Shown: positions 26,036-38,545 of the stretch, one piece after another
Position numbering within the stretch: position 1 is the stretch's first letter
Layout: each line of letters opens with the position of its first letter
Assembly (NCBI RefSeq): GCF_963921235.1
Contig: NC_086107.1
Location: 101,682,001 to 101,746,000 of the forward strand
DNA from: Mobula hypostoma
Taxonomy: Eukaryota
Length of the DNA stretch: 64,000 nucleotides
Reading direction: 5' to 3'
The notes under the pieces: model-generated
Databases searched by the model: none
The model's input: only the letters and a program-made list of their open reading frames with translations
What the model was told of the DNA's origin: nothing
Translations under genes and position numbers: made by a program

Positions 26036-29000
26036 ATAGATATTGAGGAATTTCTAAAGGCGCCAACCTTGGAGGCATTAGAGGATGCCAGGAAATCAGA
26101 ATTGGCGACTGTTGCAAAACGGTTGAATCTTTTTAAGGGAAAGCCGACAATGAGGAGAACGGAGATGCACAGAGCTATCGTTGAGCATTATGTATCTAAA
26201 GGTGTGTTTCCCCACGGGGAGCTGGAGGTGGTGTCTATGAGCAAACCTGGTGGGGAGGCAGTGCAGCTGCAGATGGAACAATTAAAGCTCGACATGAGTT
26301 CTGAATGAAGCAGTTAGAATGGGAAGAGAGAGTAAAGCAGTTAGAATGAGAAGAGAGAGAGAAGGAAAGGGATTTTCAGCTGGAGAAGTTAAGGATGGTG
26401 CTAGAGAGGGGCCAAATGCCGGACCAAGGTGGAGGGTTCAGGTCAACCCAGGAGGTTAGGTTGGTTCCCCCATTTGAGGAGGCCGATGTTGATCGGTACT
26501 TTCTACATTTCGAAAAAGTCGCTGCAAATCAGGACTAGCCGAGGAATAAGTGGGCTGTTTTGCTTCAGAGCGTGCTTAAGGGGAAGGCCCAGCAAGCTTA
26601 CTCAGCATTGTCAGCAGAAGGTGCCCAGAGGTATGATGTGGTGAAAGAGGCCATACTCAGGATTTATGAGTTGGTCCCGGAGGCATACTTAGAGTTATTT
26701 AGAGTTTGCCCGTGAGATGCAGATGTATTGTGAGCATTGGTCTGCCTCGAAAGGAGTCAATGGGGATTATAACAGACTGCTACAGCTAATACTGATTGAG
26801 CAGTTTAAAGGTTGTGTCCCTGAAGGTACGAGGCCCTATCTAGATGAGAAAGAGGCAGAAACCTTAGCCGCAACTGCTAAGTTAGCGGATGAGTACCGTT
26901 AACACACAAAGCACAGTTTACCCCGAGCAAGAGCTACCAGAAGGGTAGTTGAGAGGGCAGAGAAAGTCTGCCGGCAAAGCCAGAAAGTAAGCCAGGGACT
27001 AGTGAGAAGGATAAGGAAGACGGGAAGCAGTTTGGTAGGAAGTCTCCTGGGGTCGTATGCTATAATTGTGGGAAAGCTGGTCACATTGTGTCCAGGTGTT
27101 TTGCCCCAAAGGAGACAGGGAAAGGAAAAACAACGACTCCGACTAGCCGGCAAACAAACCGCTAGGGGAGAAGAGGTCTGATAGAGTTCAGGAAGGGTGC
27201 GAGAAGTTTATTTCGGCCGGATTGGTGTCGGTGAAGGAGGGGTCAACCCCAGTTCCAGTATGGATCTGGAGAGACACTGGTGCTTGTCAGTCATTGATCT
27301 TAAGGAGGGTGTTAGACTTTAGTGCAGAGACTGAGACTGGGGAGGTCAGTGTGATAAAAGGCATTGGGAAAGGGACTGAAGCAGTACCTTTGCACCAGAT
27401 ATACCTGAAAAGTGACTTGGTCTCCGGACCGGTCACGATAGGGGTGAGGCTTGAATTACCGATGGAAGACATGGAGATCTTACTTGGTAACGACCTTGCA
27501 GGTGGAGATGTGTACTCAGCAGTAAAGCTGACGAGCAAGCCTGCCAGGACTGAGGACCCGCCCATGGACTCACAGGTTTATCCCGTTTGCGCAGTAACTC
27601 GACGCATGTCAAGAAAGGCTGCCGAAGCGAATGTGGATTTAGCTGAGATGTTTTTACCAGCCTTGTGCCAGAAGGGGTTAGAAAGTGAGAAGAAGGAGCA
27701 TAGTGGAGTGGAAGGAAGTGAGGGAGTTGAGGTAGATTCATCATTAGTGAGAAAGGAATTTATACAGGCACAGGAATGAGACGAGGAGCTGATGGTTTTG
27801 CCGGAGACAGCTCTCTCCGAAGCAGAAATAAAAAGGGAACCAGTGGGCTATTATGTGAAGGAGGGAGTACTGATGAGGAAGTGGAGACCAAGTACCGTGC
27901 CCGCAGATGAGGAGTGGGGGGTGGTACACCAGGTGGTAGTGCCGAAAATTTATAGGTACGAGATTTTTAACCTGGCCCACAAGATACCCCTCGGTGGACA
28001 TTTTGGGGTGAGGAAAACAGTTGATAGAATTATGAAAGAGTTTTACTGGCCGAACATGAGGAAGGATATTATTGAATATTGTAGATGGTGTCATACCTGT
28101 CAGGTGGTAAGAAAGCCGAACCAGGTCCTGCCTAAAGCGCCCCTTCAACTGATACCCGCTTTCGGGGAACCTTTTTCCTGAATAATTGTGGAATTTGTCA
28201 GTTCCCTGCCCAGAACTGCGGGTGGGTGAGAGTATGTGATGACTATGATGTGTGCTGCCACCAGGTTTCTGGAGGCTGTGCCCCTGGCAAGCGTCAAGGC
28301 TCCCGCAGTGGTAAAGGCACTTGTGAAATTTTTCACTATGGTGGGGCTGCCAAGGGAAATTCAGTCAGATCAGGGGAGTGTCTTCACATCTCACACATTC
28401 CGACGGATGTTGGATGAGATGGGAGCAAAGCAGAGTTTGGCCTCCACGTACCACCCGGAGTCCCAAGGGGCGTCAGAAAGATTCCATGCAACATTAAAGA
28501 CCATGATTAAAACTTATTGTCAAGAGAACACTAGAGACTGGGATGATGCCTTGCCTGTCTTGTTATTTGCCATAAGGGACACGGTTCAGGAGTCATTGGG
28601 GTTCAGCCCATTCGAGCTCATCTTCGGTCATCAGCCCAGAGGACCTCTGACATTACTGAAAGAGCAATGGTCCAGTCCGACAGTACAAGTCAATGTGATC
28701 GATTATGTTTTAAAAGTTCGTGAGAGGCTTAAAAGGAGCTGTGACCTTGCCAAAGAAAATCTACGAAACTCCCAAACAAAAATGAAACAGTGGTATGATA
28801 GACGTGCCCACGAACAAGTGTTTCAAGTGGGCGATAGGGTCTTAGTTCTGTTTCCAGTGGTAACCAACCCCCTCCAGGCGAGATTCCACGGTCCGTACAA
28901 AGTGATTAAAAAGATAGACTCTTTAAATTATGTTATTGAAACGCCGGACAGACATAAGCTGACCCAATTAGTGCATATTAATATGTTAAAAGCTTACCAC

Positions 29001-30530
29001 GATAAGAAAACAGATCTAGTCGGTGTTATCACGAAAATAAATGAGGCTGGGGTGCCAAATGATAAGGGGAAAACCAATCTTGAAAAGATAAATATGGTGC
29101 CGACCAGACTGGAGAACTCTATTGTTTTGGCCAACTTTGCTGATAAGGTCTCTCACTTAACCCCTGAACAGAGCGAGCAGCTGATAAAGCTAATTAACCA
29201 GCATGCAGATGTACGTCCGGATGTCCTGAGGCGATGCAAGGGGATGGTACATGACGTTGTTGTTACATCAGATCAGCCTATTAAGCAACACCCCTATAGG
29301 ATGAACTTGGAGAAGGGCAAGCTAGTGGAGAAAGAAATTGAACACATGCTAGCCACAAATATCATTAGGCCATCCAAATCGGAATGGGCTTCTCCCTGTG
29401 TGGTTGTCCCGAAACCTGATGGGAGCATATGATTCTGTACAGATTACAGAAAGGTGAATACCATCACAAAAACTGATGCTTACCCCATCCCAAGGGTAGA
29501 CGATTGCATCGATAAAGTGGGGAGAGCTAAGTACATCACAAAGATCGATTTGCTGAAAGAGTACTGGTGTGTTCCTTTAACCGACCAGGCTAAAGAAATC
29601 TCACCATTTGTCACTCCATCTGGGTTATACGAGTATAATGTTTTACCTTTTGGCATGAAGAACGCCCCAGGGACCTTCCAAAGGATGACTAATTCAGTGA
29701 TAAAAGGGTTAAAGAACGCAGAAGCGTATATTGATGATTTAGTGGTCTGGAGTGACATATGGCAGGAGCACATTGTGGCAGTAGAGGAACTGTTTAAACA
29801 GCTGTCTGAAGCCAATCTGACAGTGAACCTCGCGAAAAGTGAGTTTGGCCACGCTAAGGTCACATATCTGGGGTATGTGGTAGGACAGGGGCAGCTGGCA
29901 CCGATGCAGGCTAAGGTGCAGGCTATCTCTTAAGTTCCCATCCTGACGGACAAGAGGGCCCTGAGAAGGTTCTTGGGGATGGTGGGGTACTATCAGAAGT
30001 TTTGCAAAAACTTTGCGGATATTACCCTCCTTCTTACTAGGCTCTTGCCGAAGAATGAGAAGTTTGTGTGGAACGACCTTTGTCAACAAGTCTTCGAGAG
30101 TCTGAAGGTGATTCTGTGTCACCACCCTGTACTGAATGCACCTGACTTTTCAAAACCCTTCTCCCTAGCAACAGATACTAGCGATGAAGCGGCAGGGGCA
30201 GTGCTGTTGCAGACAGACAAAGAGGAAATTGAACACCCGGTGGTTTATTTTTCTAAGGAGTTTAATGTCCATCAGGGAAATTATTCCACTGTGGAGAAGA
30301 AATTACTGGCAATCATTCTGGCATTACAACATTTTGAGGTTTATATTTGTCCTGCACGGAAACCACTGATAGTTTACACTGATCACAATCCATTAGTGTT
30401 TTTGGCCACAATGAAGGATAAAAACAAACGCTTGTTAAGTTGGAGCCTGGTATTACAGGAATTTGATATTAAGGTAAAACATATAAAAGGAACTGACAAT
30501 GTGATTGCTGATTGTCTGTCCAGGTGTTAA
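26036..30530 (+). pseudogene. Disrupted gag-pol polyprotein
   Basis: The start appears mutated from ATG to ATA. Domains: SCAN-like LILIEQFKGCVP..YLDEK..AKLADEY; zinc knuckle CYNCGKAGHIVSRC (27058-27099); protease RDTGA; integrase H-H-C-C, SDQG and GPY; RT YIDD; RNase H ATDTSD, YTDHNPL and ADCLSR. There are multiple stops and frameshifts. Confidence 0.93.
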
Positions 30531-30640
30531 AACTTAAAGTTCTCTGTATTAGCCGAATAGCTGATGACTACCTGTATATTAGTGTGTATCTTATAATGTG
30601 CAGTCATGCCCATTATTTTTACCCCGGTAAAAATCCTTTT

Positions 30641-30651
30641 AAGGGTGGGGG
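30641..30651 (+). promoter_or_regulatory. Polypurine tract
   Basis: AAGGGTGGGGG immediately before the 3' LTR. Confidence 0.8.
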
Positions 30652-31456
30652 TGTCATGTGTGACGCCAAGCAGGACTGCAGGATGGATGATGCTAATGAC
30701 AGAGATAATGGAAGACAATGGAGAAACATTCAAAATGCTAATAACAGAGAAGAGAGAGATTAATGAGAAAGAAACACAATTCTGATGTTGGCGTCTGCAA
30801 CAGGCCGTTTGCTTTGAACCTGAACTCTTTGAAGTTTGATGGACAGGTGGGGGGATAAAAATAGCAGGTTTGCTAAGGCACAGGACACACACACCACGTG
30901 ACCCTGGAAAGAGCAGTGTGCCCCACAAGGTGGTGGGAGTTTGGAGGACCGGTTCGTGGGAATCAGTCAGAGGCTCACAGGGTGTAAAGGTATGATCGGT
31001 GGGAACCTGGTGTGTGTCCGCTCTTGCCTGGGTGCCGGGTTCACCATGGAAGAATGATTGCATCTGGAACAGAGGGGACACAGTCGATGACCACAGCTGG
31101 ATCAGAAGGCATCAAAAAGGTTTGCCTGAAACCAACTGCATCTCTCACTCTCTCTCCCTCCCCAACGATACAACAACAGCAATTACTTCGAACTACACTA
31201 CACTGAACTGACTCTGCTTCACTTAAGACTGATCATTTTACCCCTAGACTGCAATAGAGCTTGGTTGATTCCTATTACCCTATTTCTGTGTATATGTGTA
31301 TACTATCATTGCTGACCTGTTACATTTATATCCTTGCGATTAGTGTACCGTATTACTTATTTCTTTAATAAAACTTTATTAGTTCCTAGTAATCACAGAC
31401 TCCAACATGTGTTCCATTTCTGCTGGTTTGGTAACCCAGTTACAGGGTACGTAACA
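30652..31456 (+). repeat. 3' LTR (805 bp)
   Basis: Direct repeat of the 5' LTR with scattered substitutions and small indels; contains AATAAA near 31366. Confidence 0.95.
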
Positions 31457-32279
31457 CTTTATAGAGGCTTTATGATATTTGTAATCTTCTCAGATATTCT
31501 ATATAAAAAGATTTTCCAGAAGAAAATATGGTGATCAGCTAAAGATACACCATAAAATAAAATGCCTCATATCCCACACACTATTTAGTAACATAGAAAT
31601 CTGGTATTTTTGTATTTATGGTATCCTTAGCATAAGGATTTGCACTACACTATTTTTTTTCAAATCCTCACTGGAGATTCTCCATGGTCCAAAGGGACCT
31701 AATTTTAATTTTCCCCATTGCTAAACTTCTGTTCAGATCTATTTTTAATGTACTAAATACGTGGGTAGACCTAACACAAGTACTTTTGATCTATCTGAAC
31801 CAAAGAGAAAATGAAAGTTTGTGCATAATGTTTCTGTGGGAAGCCAAACATGAGTTAAACCATTTAGACAAAGATATCTGAGAGAAAGAACTAATTTTAG
31901 AGAGATAACAAATAAATGCTATTACAAATGTTGTTTAAAGAGAACTATGGTAAATATATTTTTGGTATAAATGTTTTGATCGGTAACCTTAGTTAAATTA
32001 CACAATGTTAACACTATCATTGTATTATTCACCGAATAATTATATATTTAAGATTTTATTTCATTTAGAAGGAGTACTATAAAGCCAGACTGCATGGAAA
32101 CAAACGCAATCACAATTGCCAGCTTAGTAACTTGAGCCACACCAGGTATAGCAGCTGGTTATTCTATAAAATAGTGGAAAGCATCAGACATTTGAGTTAG
32201 ATGACAAGTTGTGATAGTGCTTCTGTCACTCACCAATGCCTCCACTTCCTAATCGACGACCCTTATTAATTTTTATCAA

Positions 32280-32770
32280 AGCACCATAATTTGGCATGGT
32301 AACTGCTCTACACATGACTGCAAGAAACTACAGAGAGTTGTGCTGAGCCGAGCTCACATCATGGAAACCAGTCTCCCCTGCACGGACTCTGTATACTCAC
32401 TGCCTCAGAAAAGCAGCCAGCAAGATCAAAGAGCTTACCTACCAAGGGTATTCTCCCTTCTTGCCTCTTCCATTAGGCAGAAGATACAAAAGCCTGAAAG
32501 CATATACCACCAAGTTCAAGAAGAGTTCTACCCCGCTGTATAAAACTATTAAATAGATCCCTAGTATGATAAAATAGACTCACAACCTCACAGTCTACCC
32601 CATTATAATCTTTCATCTTATTGTTTACCTGCATTGCACTTTCTCTATAGCTGTTACACTTAAATCTGCATTGTTATTGCTTTACCATGTTCTACCTCAA
32701 AGCACGGTGTAATGATTTGATCTATATGAACAGTATGCACGACAAGCTTTTCACTGTAACAATCATAAAT
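32280..32770 (+). mobile_element. Decayed Rex1-type LINE 3' end
   Basis: Sequences tggcatggtaactgctct and aggcagaagatacaaaagcctgaaa; similar to 60460-60960. Confidence 0.65.
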
Positions 32771-34759
32771 TCCATTTCCAAATCAGCTTCACAAAGCAAA
32801 AACAGGGACAAATTACTTAACTTGTGATATCAGAAAAGATTTATACCATAAAAGCAACAGACTAAAATAAATAAACATAGATGTCAAGGCATGTACATTA
32901 GAAATGGTGTACATGCTAAATTAAATATCAGAATAATGACTTCACAGGGAGTAGCAGATGAAACAAACAGCATATTTTCAAATTAGCTTTATAAACTAAA
33001 ATCTAAATGGCTAGAAATGCCATCATGTAGTACATTTTTCATGTGCCACATAATAAATTTTTCAAAAATCCAATTGCTAAATATCAACAGGGAGCATAGA
33101 TCAGCTGTCAGTTGTATTGGTTCTTCATGTAGGTGGAGCATATACACAAGAAAGCAGCTGAGTATGCACAATGATGTAAATCAGTACATGAAAGCACAAG
33201 TGATGTCACTTGCATGGCTTTCTACTATGCATGTGATTTACAAATATCAACTCTTAGCAGTGATAAGGCTTGCTCATGAGCTACCAAGAGTGTCTATCCT
33301 CATTTGTGTTGCTGTTAGATGTCTGCTAGTGGAAAATTCTGTCTTAAAAGATACTTTTCTTAGGAATTACTTCCATTCCACACTACAGTTAGTCTGCCTT
33401 CCATTCAGATTCTTCTCTGTTCTATCCCTCAGATCAACTCTCTAGCCTTTTCATCAATCTATAGCTTTCCATCCCTCTGAACTTTACCCCAGTGTTCCGA
33501 TATTCTGATTCCCGATCACTTCTTCGTCATCCTCTTCCTACTTCTCTTCAACCCTCTTTGGATTTTCTTCCTGCTCCCAGATCATACCAACCACTTCCTC
33601 CAATTTTTCTAGCTCCATCGCTGCCTAAATCCATTCAATCATCTCTCTAGCACTTGGGTTTTGCCCCAACCCCAATCTTCTCACCACCCCTGCAATCTTC
33701 TGCCCAGCCGCTAATCAATACTCCTATTTTCCTACCTGCTTTGTACAATAGTTGTCTTTACTTCATTTGATTACCCTTATGCAATTCAATCTGCTTTCAT
33801 AATTGTGTATAGATTCAGGATCCACCTCAATGTGGCTTATTCCTACCATTCCACTGTCTTTGATTTTAAAATTTATGTGTATATCGGGTCAAGTCAAACC
33901 TATTTATAAGGCACATTTAAAAACAACCCATGTTGACCAAAGTGCTGTACAAACGGTATTTCTTGTAAAAATGCTATAAATCCAACAAGAATGGAAGTTA
34001 TATTAGAATTGAATATTAGCAATAGACCACATTGTTGTAAAACCTTATTATTGGTTCGCCAACATATTCAAGGAATTCAGGGCTTTTAACACAGGATTGG
34101 TGAAGGATAGCAACATATGTCCAAAACAGAATGCCATGAGACCAGGAGATGGTGGTGTTTCTTCTGTCTTACAAAGTAGTAGATTTACATCTTTAGGCTG
34201 TATTGATGATGCGCCTTGTAAATGTTCACTTCTGCTGCCATATTGTGCTAGTGATAGAGGGATTGAATGTATTAAGCTCCTTGAGTGTCGCTGGAGCTCC
34301 AACCATCCAATCAAACATAAAGCATTCCATTAAATTCTTGTCATGCCTTAATACTAGTTTAAAGAATAGCACAAGGTTAATTTTGATTTCATCATTCTTG
34401 CCAGCATTTTTCAAATAATGTAAAAACATATACAGTAGAACTCCTACAATCTGTACCTAGGGGACTTCAGAGGTGTCAACCTGCTAGGTTTTTCAGATTA
34501 TTGGATATTATTCCCATTAATATACAAAAAAATTGATTAAGCTGTTATACAGTAGTATCATAAATGAAAGATAAACTAATGAGTTTAAAGTAGCATCGGG
34601 AACAGGATCCCAGTGAGTTTAAACTTTAAAGGGAAAATGGGAATGTAGACTTGATGAGTCAGTGGGATTACAAGATAATGTGATTCCTAAAATTTTACTG
34701 TGCTACTATCTTAACAAAATATGAAAGTTGTTCCAAAGTCTTAGCAATTTAGATTTTAC

Positions 34760-34859
34760 CTTTTTAAGATCTCTCCAAACAATAGTAGACCTTGCTTCTG
34801 AACCTCAGTATTGTTCATCCTCATTGTCTCTTTCAAGCTGCGAACTAAGGATTCTATAC
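34760..34859 (-). CDS. MEI1: MEI1 coding exon (100 nt): (G)[32 protein letters not shown](R)
   Basis: Acceptor ttacag, donor AG|gtaaaa. Matches recalled MEI1 [34 protein letters not shown]. Phases 1/2 fit both neighbouring exons. Confidence 0.94.
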
Positions 34860-35070
34860 CTGTAATATAAATTTAACAGCTGCTTGATCATGGATATATC
34901 ATTACCATCATACTGTACCATTAAACAATAATTAAGATACTAACTATAAATTCCCATTTTATTAGTCCTAGGAGCTTGATTTTGGGAAAAACAGAATTAT
35001 TTTGAAGAACCATGGTGTTAAATATATGGTTCACTTATGTTTCACTGGCCAGGGGAATTACTGAATCGGC

Positions 35071-36775
35071 CAAGTTCAAAGTAAATTTTATTATCAGAGT
35101 ATATATATGTCACCACATGCAATCCTGAAATTCACTTTCCTGTGAGCATACTCAGCAAGTCTATAGAATAGTAATTATAACAAGATCAATGAAAGATCAA
35201 CCAGAGCACAGAAGATAACAAACAGTGCAAATACAAATATAAATAAATAATGAGAACATGAACTAACAAGATAAAGAGTTAAGTGAGATCATTGGTTGTG
35301 GGAATATCTCAATGGATGGGCAAGTGAGTGTTGTTAATCCCTTTTGTTCAACAGCCTGATGGTTGTGGGATAGTAACTGTTCTTGAACCTGATGGTGTGA
35401 GTCCTGAACCTCTTGTACCTGCTACCTGATAGCAGCAGCGAGAAAAGAGCGTGGCATGAGTGGTGAGGATCTCTGATGATGATGATGCTACTTTCCTACG
35501 ACAGTGTTTCATGTAGATGTGCTCAATGGTTGAGAGGGCTTTTCCCCGATGTATTGGATTAAATCCACTTCTTTTTGTAGGATTTTCCTTTCAAAGGAAT
35601 TGGTGTTTCCATACCACAATACAGCTAGTCAACATACTCTCCACTATACATCTATGGAAGTCTGTCTAAGTCTTTGATGTCTTGCTAAATCTCCGCAAAG
35701 TCCTAAGGAAGTAGTGGAACTGCCGTGCTTTCGTCACAATTTCATTTACGTGCTGGGTCCAGGATAGGTCCTCTGAAATAGGAACACCCAGGAACTTAAA
35801 GTTGCTAAACCTCTCCACCTCTGATGAGGACTGGCTTATGGACCTGTTTTCCCTCTCCTGAAGTCTACATTCAGTTCCTGACACTGAGTGAAAGGTTGTC
35901 GGTATGACACCACTCAGCTAAATTTTCAATCTCTCTCTTGTACAATGATTCATCACCACCTTAGATACGGCCCACAACAGTGGTGTAATCAGCAAACTTG
36001 AATGTGGCATTGGAGCTGTGCTCAGCCACACAATCATAGGTGGAAAGTGAGTAGAGTAGAAGGCTAAGCACACAGCCCTGTGGTGCACCTCAGTTGATGG
36101 AGATCGTGGAGGAGATGTTGTTGTCAATCTGAACTGACTGGGTTCTACAAGTGAGGAAATCAATGATCCAATTGCCCAACAAGGATCTGAGGCCTAAGTC
36201 CTGGAACTTACTTATTAGTTTTGAAGGGATGATGACATTAAATGCTAAGCTGTAGTTGATAAAGAGCATCCTGATTTATGCATCTTTGCTGTCCAGGTGT
36301 TCCAGGGCTGTATGAAAAGCCAATGAGATGGCATCTGCTGTGGACTTGTTGCTCTGGTAGGCAAATTGGAGCGGATCTAAGTCACCTCTTAGGTAGAAGC
36401 TGTTATGTTTTATCACCAGACTCTTAAAACGCTTTATCACCGTGGTTGTAAGTACAACTGGGCAATAGTCATTGAGGCAGGTCAGCACGCTCTTCTTGGG
36501 CACCAGTATAATTGAAGTCTGCTTGAAGCAGGTGCGTACCCCCCCCCCCCACTGCCGAAAGTGAGAGGTTAAAGATATCAGTGAGAACACCAGCCAGTTA
36601 GGCAGTACATGGCCAGTTAGCCCATCCGGTCCAGATGCTTTCCTTGGATTCAGCTTCCTGAAGGTAGCCAGCACATCAGCTTCAGATACTGAGATCAAAG
36701 GATCGTCAGGAGATGTGGGGATTCATGATGGTTCCTCCATGTTCTGACGATTAAGGCGGGTATAGAAGGCGTTGA
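35071..36775 (-). mobile_element. Rex1/Babar-type LINE fragment
   Basis: Motifs NPRKASGPDG, CLNDYCPVVLT and LDPLQFAYQSNKSTADAI. Confidence 0.85.
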
Positions 36776-36955
36776 ACAACACACACAAAATGCTGGAGGG
36801 ATTCAGCAGGCCAGGCAGCATCTATGGAAAAGAGTACAGTCGACGTTTCGGGCTGAATCTCTTTTCCATAAATGCTGCCTGGTCTGTTGAGTCCTTCCAG
36901 CATTTTGTGTGTGTTGCTTGGGTTTCCAGCATCTGCAGATTTTCTCCTGTTTCTG
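36776..36955. mobile_element. Penelope-derived repeat folded as an inverted pair with arms of about 57 bp
   Basis: aacacacacaaaatgctgga...ggaaaagag pairs with ctcttttcc...tccagcattttgtgtgtgtt. Half of a hammerhead (gtcgacgtttcggg) lies in the loop. Confidence 0.75.
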
Positions 36956-37767
36956 AGTGGTCTAGTATATTGGTGCTACTGGTGATAACTGGGCAGGGTT
37001 TTCTTCAAACAGGCCTGGTTGAAGTCTCCGACTGTAATTTGAAATGCGTCAGGATGGGCTGCTTTTTGTCTGCAGACAACATCATGCAGTGCCACGAATG
37101 CTTGCTTATAGTCGGTCACTAGTGATAACATCCAGGCACTAACATCCTTTTAAAATTCTGTGCAACAGAAATATTACCTACAGTCTCAGATAGCTCTGCA
37201 TGGAGATGACGGCTAGATTAGAGGGGCAAAGAAGGGTGTGGAGTTGGGTTGCATGAAAAGAATGAGTAGAGAAGGGAGGACAGGAGATTAGGACAGACTG
37301 TTGGGAAACAATGGTTATAGAGGATGGTGGGGAGCACGGAGGGGTTGCAGTAAGAAAGCCAAAAGGTTGATTGGGGTTGAATTGGAGAGGGTCAACATTT
37401 TGGTACCTAGAAAAACTTATGAGTTTGGGCAAAAGGTTGGCAATTCACCTGGTGGGCAGTGAAGAGCTTAAGGAGAAAGAGGATATGAAAATCAGAGGAA
37501 GAAATGGATCTGTAAGTCAAATCATGGGATAACTACAAAGAGAAGTACATGAGTTAGAAACTCAAAAACAAGAGCTTAGCAGAAGAGACTCGCGCAGAAA
37601 GGCAGAATGATTGAGGAAATTAAGTCATAAAAGAACCAAGAGTAAGATTAAAGGATTAAAAAAATTATTTGATAATACTGTTGATCAGATATGGATCACA
37701 GGTCACCTGCAGAAATAGAAGTAATCACTATATGATGAATCTAGACCACAATGGCATGATTTGGAAA

Positions 37768-38100
37768 TAGAAACATAGAAAACCTACAGCACAATACAGG
37801 CCCTTCGGCCCACAAAGCTGTGCCAAACATGTCCTTACCTTAGAAATTACCTAGGGTTACCCATAGCCCTCTATTTTTCTAAGCTCCACGTACCTATCCA
37901 GGAGTCTCTTAAAAGACCCTATCATATCCGCCTCCACCACGATCGCCGGCAGCCCATTCCACGCACTCACCAATCTCTGCGTAAAAAAAACTTACCCCTG
38001 ACATCTCCTCTGTACCTACTTCCAAGCACCTTAAAACTGTGCCCTCTCACGCTAGCCACTTCAGCCCTGGGAAAAAGCCTCTAACTATCCACACGATCAA
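37768..38100 (-). mobile_element. CR1 3' end, same family as 9283-10464
   Basis: Closely matches the reverse complement of about 10135-10464; has a tagaaacatagaaa tail. Confidence 0.88.
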
Positions 38101-38545
38101 TGAGTAGAATAATTTCTTCAGACGATCACTCTTGATAACCATAAACATTTTTATTCTACCTCTATGTAAAACAAGGATGGCTAGTTAAGGCACAGAGGAT
38201 CTGAAGTACTTGGGCACCAAGTGATACAGAGAGGAGCAAATATTAAGAAGGCTTACCTGGAAGAAGTCTGTCTCAGATTCTCAGAAAGAGGACAAAAGGC
38301 AGGAATCCACTATGACCAAAGGAAACCTGAACATGCAAGTTAAGTTTTCTCCAGTCCTGCTGAAGGGTTTTTGTTTTTGCTGCACAGATGCTGCCTGGCC
38401 TGCTGAGTTCCTTCAGCATTTTGTGCATGCAAGTTAAATCCTGCTTCACTGTGCAAATTCCATACCATAGATAGATTTTGTATATGCAATACAATTTTGA
38501 ATGAAGCAATTAATACGAATGAGCATTTCCAGTAGTTTCTATATA

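Larger units (their letters stand above)
25118..31456 (+). mobile_element. Complete but inactivated Ty3/Gypsy LTR retrotransposon of the Gmr1 type (gag-PR-INT-RT-RH)
   Basis: TG...CA LTRs, a 4-bp TSD CTTT (25114-25117 and 31457-31460), a tRNA-Pro-like PBS, a PPT, and all pol domains with integrase upstream of RT. Confidence 0.95.

Noticed and set aside
30527..31081. 184-aa minus-strand ORF
   Set aside because: It is an antisense reading of the 3' LTR with no protein motif.
33017..33445. 142-aa plus-strand ORF
   Set aside because: It has no recognisable motif or splice context and is probably a chance ORF in AT-rich intron.
34432..34520. TA-CAGTAGAACTCC, a Tigger-like terminal motif
   Set aside because: I found no matching opposite TIR.
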